Positions 50,243 to 60,639 of a stretch of DNA of 64,000 bases are shown in pieces. Made by a program: the position numbers and the translations under genes. The stretch spans positions 62,001-126,000 of the forward strand of contig QPGO01000096.1 in assembly GCA_008632985.1 (NCBI GenBank), written 5' to 3'. Position 1 is the first letter of the stretch, and the number at the start of each line of letters is the position of its first letter. The stretch comes from Psammoneis japonica. Its lineage: Eukaryota. The notes beneath the pieces are model-generated. The model was not told where the DNA came from, searched no databases, and saw only the letters and a list, made by a program, of their open reading frames with translations.

Positions 50243-52577
50243 CTAACTTGGTGTTCGAATGCTGCCCTTGGCCATTCCAAGTAGTTTTGCAAATATGCTG
50301 GCACCATTATCACGTAAGCCCGAGTGCTGAAATTCGTTTGTGACAAAAACTTTACATTTTTCAAGCGGGCCACCGCGTGTCGCTACTTTCATGGAGGCAT
50401 CAAAATCAACATATAAATCTTCAAGGTAAACTGACGCTGCTGCCTTGGATCTCGTCGCGAGAACTTGTTGCATGTGCTCTCCGTCATAAAGCGGCGTCCA
50501 ATCATCTTTTGCGGCCAAGGCCTGCGCTAACGACTTCATGCCTACTCCACTCACTTCGGAATAGTCACCATCCGCCATCCAAGGAAACACCATCTCCCCA
50601 AAGAAAAGAGTCGGAAGCGAGTCATCATTACTCTGGCTGGTCACTGTATAGTCAAACTCAGATGAAGGTTTGTTTACTCGATTTTCATACGCTCGATGAG
50701 CCGCCCAATTGGTAGGACAGCAATCGGAACCATCACCATAGATGCTTTCGTGCAGCAAGAAGTAAATGGGGTGATCATCAAAGCTCTGTTCGGAATCGAT
50801 TCGTTTCAGAAAAGCCTTTGAAAATTCTACGCTCTCCTCATCAAGAAAGGCCGACGCAAAAAGGGCATGAAGTGATGCAAACGCAGACGGAGATCCTCCT
50901 AAGCCTAGCCCCAGCTGCAAAAATCGTCGAGCAGTGAGTTTGCCCCCCGAAGGTAGGGTAGCGGGTTGGTTTGACAGTACGTTCACAATCTTTTTGACTA
51001 CGGCGACATCGCCTGGATACATGTCATAATATTTCAAGCTACGCTCCTTGACTCTTTCCCATAAAAGGTTGTATACATCGTATACGGGTGTCAACATTGG
51101 AGCAACTACGCACGTCGGCAAGACACAGAGTACACGAGAGACATCGACGGTGAGAAATCGTAGCAACATAGAAAGTGCACCAGTCTCATCGCCGTGACTT
51201 TACTTACTCCCCCCTGTCAACAGGCATATCCTAGGTGGATAGTCAACTTGCGACAAGTACGTCATCATGCAAAAGCCTCCAAAGGATTGTCCTAATGCCG
51301 CTCCGTAGGGGCGAGGTACTTCGTCCTCCTACAACGATAATGCCCATCCACGCATCGGAGTGAGAGGCATTACTATACTAGAGGGAACCACAGCAAGAAC
51401 TAAATCAAACTCACCTCCTTTTCTACGGGAAGTAAAAGAGCATCCTTGATCTCTTCTGCGTCTTGAACAATATTGTCGGCACGCAAACTCGCCATGTAGT
51501 TGGTAGCATCTCGCAACGCATCTCGTGCTTTTTCAATCTTGTCAGAATACGATTCATCAAAGTCGTCCAAGGTCATTACCTCATCCACCTCATCATCCAT
51601 GATAAAGAGATCAGGAAACCTCTTTTGTAAAGTCTGTTTCGTCACTGGAGTGGATCTGCGAAACAGAGTTAGTGAAAGATGAGGATGAGAACTAAAGGAA
51701 AAGGCACCAACGCTCCAACCGCCAATACGAACCTGCCAGTACCACGTTGATCCATGAGTACAATGCGAGAATAGTGGTCAAGAGCCGCAGCCGCCCAAGA
51801 ACTGTCTTTCGACAAGCCTAAAGAAACACAAGGTGTAGGACTACCAAAGCCAGGTCCGCCCTGAAGGTACAATATCATGCCACTTGCATCTTTTATCGAA
51901 GCATGATTTACGTACGATTCCGCACGTTTCGCAGGCGTCATTGTAACAAGAGATTCCCACCACAGCTCGTCTTCCTCCTTGGCGATTTCAATCAACGAGA
52001 AAAAGACATCGATTCTCTGAGAAGTCTCGCCGGTTCGGCTAAGAGGCAGAGAAATGACATGTTCTGTAACAACTGCACGCTTATTGTTTCCAATCGCATG
52101 GTAAGCGGGTGGAGAGATCATGCGATGATTTCGCTGCTGTTGCTTCATGGCTTGCTGCAATCGTCGTCGAGCAGCCGATGCCCCTCCCGATGTCGATTGC
52201 TGCTCAGACTTGGAGGATTCGTCTTTTTTTCTTGCAGTATTATGCAACCAACCCGTACGAGGAGTTTCTTCTGACGTATCTTCTTGTTTCCCTGCTTCTC
52301 CTCCCTGCTTATTGGAAGATTCAGACGCCCAAAATGTTGATGAGTCACTGGGTTGGTTGTGGTTCCACCCGGTCGCTGGAATACCAGGCGAAGATGTTGT
52401 TTCTTCACTATTTTCTGAAGAAGCTGAGAACAAAGCTACCGGTGTTTTATGGCTTCTACACTTTGCGTTCTTGACAAGTGACCTAGAACGGAGACAGTGT
52501 TCCAAGCATAAGCTGTGAGGCGTAACCGCGTCAAGATTGGTGCTATTAACATGAACCAACGGACCATCGTCGACCAT
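50243..52577 (-). CDS. Proline iminopeptidase (S33 alpha/beta hydrolase) with a long N-terminal extension. Introns 51656-51732, 51329-51414 and 51106-51207
   Basis: YLQGGPGFGSP, MDQRGTGRS (across an intron), nucleophile GQSFGGFC, LTGGIAP, DLYVD and TNEFQHSGLR. The start is uncertain (52577, or 52567 with a frameshift). Confidence 0.85.
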
Positions 52578-52779
52578 CCATCATCCTGGTGCGATTGTGC
52601 GAAACTGTTTGTGCCGTGTTGGAGGGTTGGAGCGAGTGTTGGAGTGTGGCGGATCGCATCGCGGATCGTCCGACTGCCGACGCGCGCTGCTGAGCAACAG
52701 TAGACCACCGGCATCATCATCATCTGCAATGGAATCTCCCGCGGAAGTGCATGACCTTGTTGTACATAGACTGCCGGTG

Positions 52780-55700
52780 TGGTGCACAAACATGTGATGA
52801 TCTTCGTGTTTGAAGAGTGTGAAGAAACAAATTGTTAGTGCATGCTTGATGCTTGTTGGCATGTTCGCACCAGCAGTCGCACCGCCCCTGCAGGGATGGT
52901 GAGGGAGTCCAGCGAGAAAGTTTGCACCCCCCAGGAACGCAAGGGAAATGAGCTTGCATGCCAGCAGAACCACAGCAAAAAAGTTTGCAGCCCCCCAGGA
53001 ACCCCCAGTTTGCATTCCCCCACGAATGCAGTCGCGGAGGAATGAATCAACCACCGCGAAAAAGTTTGCACCCCGAGTGGAGCCCCCCGCGAAAGAAGTT
53101 TGCAGCAGACCCCCAGGAGCGCAGCCCCGAGAAGTTTTTGTCACATTGACATGGTCAGGAGCCACAATGGAAAACTTTGCAACCCCCCAGGAACCCCGTG
53201 CAGAACTTTGCATCCCACGAGGAACCCCAATGAAAAAGATTGCAACCTTGCCCCCCCCCCAGGAATGCAGCCACGAGAAGTTTCTGTTCAGCATCAGAAC
53301 TTTGCATCCCCCAGAACCCCCACGAAAAAGTTGGTGTCCCACAAATGGCACCACAGGAACTGAGTGTTGCATGTGGGATTCAACAGATGTGGCACAAGTG
53401 CACACACACATGCATGCTCAAAGTTTGTGCAAAATGAACAACCAAACAATTTGGATCTGAAAACCTTGTGCAAAAACAAAAACGACCCCAACCAAATTTT
53501 TGACATGAAAAAATGACACGGCCATGGCAAAAAAAACTGCTCATGTTGCTCTCACACTTTGACACGCTGCAAAACTGAGGCATGCATCAGCGCATCTCAT
53601 TGACCAGATGTTGTGTTGCAACAATGCATGCGGTCGTCAGTGGCAACCTTGGCACTCAAATCGAAGGCATGCTCTTGACACCAAAAATGATGCCCCGCAG
53701 AAAACCACACAAACTCCACACAAAAATGAAGTCGCCAATCAACAACCCTGTCACACACGGTGACTGGCAACACTGCACACACCACATCTGCAACCAACCA
53801 ACACATCACGAGGTTTGTCAGACAATGAAGGATGCGACCACACCAACAAAAGCGCCATGCCAAACAAACGGTGATGACAGTGAGTGGGTCATTGTTGGTG
53901 CAGTGCATTTTTGCAATTCCAGCTGCTGCGGATTGAAGTTTCATGCTGTGGGGGCAAAAGCAAAGACACACAGGCAGACAAAAAAGCACGACCATTGGTC
54001 ATGCATCTGTGACATGATGAACACACCAAATGGCAAAAAGGTGTTGACTGAGGTCCCGGAGCTGGGAGTGTGCAGCACAAGTGTCAAAAATTTTGACCTT
54101 GACAAGAACATCAATGTGACAAAATCAAACTTTTTGGGTGCATGTGACATTGACAACTGAGTGATTCATTGAGGCAATTTCAAATCATTCAAACCATTGT
54201 GTTGTGATGAAATCATTGATTTCAAAACAAAGTCATTGCCAAAAAAGATGTGCTGACAGGAGCCAACTGACAGTCAGCTCACATTTTGGCCAAAAACATG
54301 AATTGTTGCTCCCTCACAAGACACAAAAATGCAAACTCAAGTCACACCCACTGTCTGGCACTGTGTGATGACTGCATCACAATGGCTGTGGCTGTGAAAA
54401 CCCTGTCCTCACTCACAGTGCCTGCCCATGCAAGGAAGCACAGCACCAGAAAAGTGCTGATGCATGCTCTCACTGTCAAGACAGCAGGACCACGCAATTC
54501 TCAACCACTTTGAGAACGGATCACGAGCATCAAAAGTCCCTTTCGCACAGCAAATTGAGACCCTTGGGCAGTGGCTTGACACACTTGCTCTCATCAGAGC
54601 AAAATTTGCTCCTGCGGCTGACAAGCTGAGAAGTGGCTCCTCCACAAAAACTGTGTGTTGACTGAGGCAAAAGCAGTCATCCTGCAGAAAATGCTGCAAG
54701 AGAGCAGTGCCAGAAAATGATGGTCACACATGCCCCTTGGGGGGGCAACTCACACAGAATCAGCACACCAAGACTTTGCAGAGCTGGCAGACCACCTGGC
54801 AGTTTGGGAGGACAAGTGTGAGTGCATGTGCACAGGGTTTGCACCTGAGGCACAAAAATGCCAAGGCTGGCAAGATGCTGAAGAAAGGTGGTGCAACAGC
54901 TTCTCTCTTGCTCTGCAGCAATGGCATCAGCTGACAATCATTGCCTCAAAGAAGCTCCAGGGCAAAGTGTGCATCATGCCAATCAGACATCTTTGCACCA
55001 ACCAAAAGATGACAAATTTCTGTGAACATTTTCACTTGGCACAAAACTCCTCTTGCATTTCCCAAGAAGTGATGCCCACATCTCACTGCCAAAGCTCCCA
55101 AGAAGTGATGCCCACATTGGACATTGTTCATGAGCATGTGTCACCCCACAATCATGCTTTCAATCTGTCTGACAGACTGGCAACAAGGGTTGCAAGAATG
55201 TTGGACGGAGGGCAATCATTGGGGGGCGTGGTCATTGAGCTGAAACAATTGGCGCGACTGTGAAGACAACAGTTGGCTGAGGAATCAATGCATTGCAAAT
55301 GTGTGAGGGCCAGCACACTGTGCACTGCTCTGGCACAAATGCATGTTCACATGATCAAGTGCCCACATTGGTGATTTGTTTTCTCAGCTCTTCTTTGTTG
55401 TTGCTGTTTTGCGGCATGCACTGATGCTGGTGCATGTCTTCTGTCCCATGCTGCTGGGGCAAGATGAATTTTGCACTCACAAAAAGGAGTCCAAACCCAC
55501 CTGCATTTTCTGACGAGAAGAGCTGTGCAAGCTTCAACAGTCTGAGTTTGCAGACAAGCTTCAGCTTTTTGATGCTCCTGCCATGGCTGGCTTCGTTGGG
55601 GAAAGAGTGCCAAAGGAAACTTGGCACTCTGGGGACACTTGGAGATGTCCAGGGATGGCAGGGGGCGGGCATCCAGGGACAGTCAGACCTGGCAGTGGGA

Positions 55701-55850
55701 CATTTTGGTGTCTCCAGGAAGATGTGGCTTGTCAGGGAGAGAGGGCAACCCCCCACCACCGCCAGAGTGGAAGCAGCAAGAGATGGTGACATTCTTCATC
55801 TGCTGCACAATGTCTTGTTCATTGTTGCTCCCACATCAAGTGCGATGTCT
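52780..55850. other. Hypermutated repeat domain D (unidentified element)
   Basis: TpA essentially absent and CpG reduced. Begins with a repeat array; internal duplication cccaagaagtgatgcccaca at ~55061 and ~55097. Confidence 0.85.
52915..53335 (+). repeat. Degenerate minisatellite (aagtttgca.cccccaggaaccccc units), possibly subterminal repeats of a DNA transposon
   Basis: About 8-10 imperfect copies of tttgca(c/g/a)ccccc.aggaa between 52918 and 53325. Confidence 0.65.
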
Positions 55851-56172
55851 TGTTCCGGAGCATTGCAGAATAGCGATTAGCAGATAATGTTCATTACGAA
55901 TGAAAGCCAACTTCCGTCTCGGCCACTGATTGTTCCTACCAAGGAGCCTACGACTAACCGAATGCAAACGTGCCCACATCCCGCGAAATCGAAAATCGCG
56001 AGCGGGACTCCGTCGGATTTTCTACGGGCTCTTCCAGTACATGTTCTACGCATTCACGAATGGGCCAACCGCAACAACGAGCGACCGTCACGCTCACCAC
56101 ACAATTTCAAGTTTTGCTTGCATTGAAACACTCTGATACCAATCTATCTTTATTGATACTACTACCCCCATT

Positions 56173-57771
56173 ATGATTGCATACATTGCACTACTCATTC
56201 AATTTATCAACCTCCTGCTACGCGTATTTCACGGTAAGCAGAACCACGGCCGAATCGTTGGCGGTTTCCTTTCGGAAGCGTGGGACAAGATTCGCTACAC
56301 GATTCACGCTGTCGTGTCCTTTGTCGTTGCGATCTGGCAAGTTCTCCTCGCCTTGTATGCTGGAATATTCATACACTCCTCGTTGAAGTTGATTGGTGAT
56401 AAGGTCTATTTCTTGTACTACCGGATTATGGAAATCGACGACCTTACCACTCTTCTTTGGGATCGAGCGTGCGTTGCTGTTGCGGCTACTCTCGCGGTTG
56501 CGTTGATTGTATGGACCGTGTATTGGTTCTCCTACTTCATCTACGTTCCCTTGCGGTTTCTGTTCCCGTGGCTACTGCTCTTGAAGTGCAAGCTAGTTGG
56601 TCGTGGGCGCATCAGATGGAAACCGGACCGAATGATGCTGAAGAACCGTTACGTTGGTGACACTCCTCCCGTTCCAACCGGCGTGGCCGCTCCACGAAGT
56701 CTTCGGATACCTCGATACACCCGTGTCATTCCCCTCTTGAATGATCAGCAATTGGCTGCTGCGCTGCTTGAGTTCGGCTGGAAACAAGACCGATACATTC
56801 GTGAATATGAATCGGATCCAAGGTATGATCACTGGCATAGATGGGCGAGGACTCCAGCGGCAATTGAAGCGGCCAAGGTTGTTGCAGCGGTTGAGGAACC
56901 CATTGCTGATGCTCCTCCAGTCCCTACCGGCGTGGCCGCTTCACGATGTCTTCGGATCCCTCGATACACCCGTGTCATTCCCGTCCTGAATGATCAACAA
57001 TTGGCTGCTGCGCTGCTTGAGTTTGAATGGAAGCAAGACCGATACATTCGTGAATATGAATCGGATCCAAGGTATGATCACTGGCATAGATGGGCGAGGA
57101 CTCCAGCGGCAATTGAAACGCGCGAGGCTGTTGTTGCTCCGGCAGATGCGGTGGTTGAGGAACCCCTTGCTGATCCTGTTATTGCCATTGACAATGATCC
57201 TGTCACCGAGGAGGAAGTGGTTCCTGAGGATGTAGTCGTTGAAGTGCATGATGAGGAGCCTGACGATCCCTTGAAAGATCCACCAAACGTGGAAGCACCG
57301 ACGGACGATTCGGAGGATCCTGTGGACAACGGGTTATTGCATCACGACATTGTTCTAGAAGGAGAGGGCGAAGAGGAACCCTTGGCTGATCCTGCTGTTG
57401 TTGATGATGACAATTCTGTCGCCGAGGAGGAAATCGTTCCGGAAGCAGACGAGGAGCCTGACGGTGCCTTGAAGGATCCACCTGACGCGGAAGAACTGAT
57501 GGACGATTCGGAGGAACCTGTGGATGATGGAGTCGTGCAACATGACATTATTCCAGACGGAGAGGATCAGGATTTGGAGAACTCGGAGTTGCCATCCGAG
57601 AACGTCGATCCGGTGGGTATTGTTGTTGTTGCACACGGCGAGAAGAAAGTAGCCCATCCTGTCCCGTTGAGACGCTCGCCTAGGCTCCGTCAACCCACTG
57701 GCAGTGTCTTTCTTTCGTCTAATACTGGGTGTGTCGTGCGTAGATCCGCAAGGATCATGAGTCGCCGCTAG
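56173..57771 (+). CDS. Orphan 532-aa protein: hydrophobic (transmembrane-like) N-terminus, 83-aa tandem duplication, acidic repeats and a basic RRSxR tail
   Basis: Intact ORF with normal dinucleotides. 249-nt near-identical duplication (56663 vs 56912); acidic duplication at ~57160 vs ~57376; ends in LRRSPRL...VRRSARI. Confidence 0.65.
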   Translation: MIAYIALLIQFINLLLRVFHGKQNHGRIVGGFLSEAWDKIRYTIHAVVSFVVAIWQVLLALYAGIFIHSSLKLIGDKVYFLYYRIMEIDDLTTLLWDRACVAVAATLAVALIVWTVYWFSYFIYVPLRFLFPWLLLLKCKLVGRGRIRWKPDRMMLKNRYVGDTPPVPTGVAAPRSLRIPRYTRVIPLLNDQQLAAALLEFGWKQDRYIREYESDPRYDHWHRWARTPAAIEAAKVVAAVEEPIADAPPVPTGVAASRCLRIPRYTRVIPVLNDQQLAAALLEFEWKQDRYIREYESDPRYDHWHRWARTPAAIETREAVVAPADAVVEEPLADPVIAIDNDPVTEEEVVPEDVVVEVHDEEPDDPLKDPPNVEAPTDDSEDPVDNGLLHHDIVLEGEGEEEPLADPAVVDDDNSVAEEEIVPEADEEPDGALKDPPDAEELMDDSEEPVDDGVVQHDIIPDGEDQDLENSELPSENVDPVGIVVVAHGEKKVAHPVPLRRSPRLRQPTGSVFLSSNTGCVVRRSARIMSRR

Positions 57772-58547
57772 ACTCATTAATTGCTTCTTTTGTACCATTG
57801 GAACTCGAGCATGCATGGGGGCATCTCTCGATTCCATTTCACTGTACAATACAGCTTTTATGCGCATCAAAGACTCGCCAACATTGCACGATTTTGTCGT
57901 GCAATTCATAATACCATGGGGTGCACTCGTTGTGTCGCGATACATTCGAATGCACCCCCAATGTAAGTCGATTTCGTGCCTTCTTTCCATTTCCATCGAG
58001 ACTTGTTTACTGACCTTGCTTTTCATTTTCCTTTCACAACATAGAAATATACCCTTTACCCGGTTCGACCACCCGACTTGAAACGATACGACAGACAGTC
58101 CTTGTTGAAATACTAAGGTTCAAGTAACCGTGGGTCCCGCCCCGCAACTTACGTTTTTTCAAACAAAATGTGTACCAGGCATGATTGGTCTTTCAACATC
58201 AAGAATACTCTGATCGTATCTGCTCGAGACCCGTGGAGGTCAATGGACCAAACCCTATAACTTTGAATGTCGGATGCGGAGAAATACGAATTAAAATACG
58301 GTAGTAGTGACAAAACGGAATCGGACGCCAAAGGATAGTTGTCGTTACGTATTCCGTGGCGTCTAGTAATAATTAGTAGGGCCTGGGTTTAACTGTGTAG
58401 TGGTACTTTAATTTTGTATTCCCGTCCTGTGTCGTGAGATATTGTGTAAAGCTTGCGTACGAAGCATTTCTATTTAGTTGCCATGAGGAATTACTACACG
58501 AAGGAAATCAGACGTCTTTCCGCGTTCTCATAGGTCCAACACGGTAG

Positions 58548-60479
58548 CTACAAGCCTTTTCGAATCATGGCCAGAGCCATGTCTTTTTACGCCTTGATGT
58601 CAATGCTGCCACGAGCATCCTTGTCATCACTACTTGATGACGAGGACGATTCTGAATCGCTCTCTTCGTCGCTGCGGCTGCTGCTACTACTAGAATATAC
58701 CTCGTCGTCACTATGTCCACCAAGTCACCATCATGCCAGTATCCTGCTGCTGCTCATCCAATGCACCCTTTGCTTTGATTCGTTCCCCTTTGTGCATTTA
58801 CCGTACTCGCTTCTTTTCCTGTTCACGATCCTGCTTCATGCCATCCTCCAACCGCTGACGCACCTTGTCGACATAGGATTGATTTGCATCCGCCAACGAG
58901 TCTCGTTCCTCATGCATCGTGTCGGTATTTGTCAATGAAAGCTTGGTAGGATCCTGTTCCTGCCTTCGCCATCAAAGATGATTCGTTTATTCTTGGCATC
59001 TAAGCCTCCTTCGACCTTGATTCTCTTTGCCTTTCGAGATATGGTAACTTCATGAATGCCACCCTCGGTTGCGTCTACATCCTCCTGGCTCCACTCGTGC
59101 CGTTGCTTTACAACCAACAAGTCGTCCTCTTCTTTCTCCTCTACGTTTGTACTTTCTAGCGAACGCTTCTTGTTGTCGAGTTCAGCAATCTTTTTCGTCA
59201 ACTTTTCCGCCTTGATTTGCTCCTTAAGCTTTTGTAGCTTGTGATTGACGTTTTTTGGATTTGCGCACCTGCGTTCGATCCTTGATTATTTGTAGAAAGC
59301 GAAGGTTGGGAGTGAAGGGCAGTCCCAGAGAAGTGGCGAACTCGTCCACGGCCAAGTAATCCAACTTGAAGATGTCCTTGTTTGGCATTAAATGAATCGA
59401 TCGTAGATAGGATTGAAACGCCTTTTTAGCGAGCGATTGTATTTTTGGATTTGACGCGACACGCGAGGCGGCACGTTGGGTAACAAGAACCGTCTTGGTT
59501 GGGTTCATGGCCATCTTTTTCAACGGCACGCGAGACTTGCTCAGCAATTCCAACATACCGGCTTCTTCCTGTGGCGTGACACATATTAACGACTTTCCAC
59601 TACGATTGTACCGTGCCGTTCATCCCACACGATGGATATACATATCTTGGTCTTCGGGCGCACCCACTTGAACGACCCAATCGACACTTGCAAAGTCCAA
59701 CCCACGCGCCACAACGTCTGTCGCAAACAAGACGGCGTTGGGTCGATGGACAAAGTCAAAATAAATAGAGGTTCGTTTGGTTTGTACCAGCTTGCCGTGA
59801 AATGCCATGACGGGAATTCCGGGTAGGTTGAAGCGCACAAGAGAGCTGCCACGCAAAGCGTACTTGGGAACATGACGCCGTCCAAAACTCGTATATGCAA
59901 GTTCGAAACGTCAAAGTTTGGTGTCTGTTCCAAGTGCTGCAACAAACGTCCCGGTGTAGCCACTAGGATATTGGTGGATCCGACATGCTGTTGTTCGACA
60001 TGATACTCTTTTTTGCCGCCCACTACTAGTCCAGCCGACAATGAACGATGTTGTCACACCTTTTTCAAAACTTGAAAGATATTCATATGAACCGCAAACT
60101 CACGAGTCGGACTTAAAACAAGAGCTCCGGGCCCTTCGCATGGAGTGTATCTCGAGCAAACGGCACCAGAAACGCAAGATTTTTTCCAGAGCCCGTTCGT
60201 GCCGCACCCAAAATGTCTCTTCCACATAGAGCATGAGGGATACAAGCGTTTTGTATTTCAGTCATGGTGACAGAGTTAGCTCCATCCAATCCACGCAACG
60301 TTGCTTCTGACAAGGGCAAAGCTCGAAACGAAACCTGCTGACCAAGCGTAGGAGTATCCTCGACCAGGAGCTTCTGCAGCAACCCGCTGTTAAAGACTCT
60401 CAATCTCCTGCTCTCATTTTACAACATGTCTCTCATCGCCCTGCTTCTTTTGGGGATAGCGGCGCTTGTACTTGGCCAT
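58548..60479 (-). pseudogene. DBP4: DEAD-box RNA helicase DBP4/DDX10 pseudogene
   Basis: Q motif and GAARTGSGK, LVLSPTRE, ATPGRLLQHLEQT, ATDVVARGLDF, YIHRVG and AKKAFQSYLRS are spread across several frames. The DEAD motif is truncated (RVLD then jumps to the RecA2 region), and there is an in-frame TAA at 58587-58589. Confidence 0.85.
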
Positions 60480-60639
60480 GGCGTTTGTTTCTTCGACAGA
60501 ATAAAAGAAGATAGCGATCGCGAGAAAAAAAGTGAGAACACTTGAAGAAAAACGAAAAAATGAGTGGGTTCTGCGAACAGCTGAGCACAAATTGCTCAGC
60601 ACCTGTTTGACTCCATCGACAAAATGTCTACAGCACAAC

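Noticed and set aside
52581..53460. Pro-rich or Gly-rich repeat ORFs on both strands
   Set aside because: They are translations of the nucleotide minisatellite; unit lengths are irregular and there is no coding evidence.
58567..58938. 123-aa plus-strand ORF with Ser/Leu runs
   Set aside because: It is antisense to the acidic C-terminal tail of the DBP4 pseudogene.
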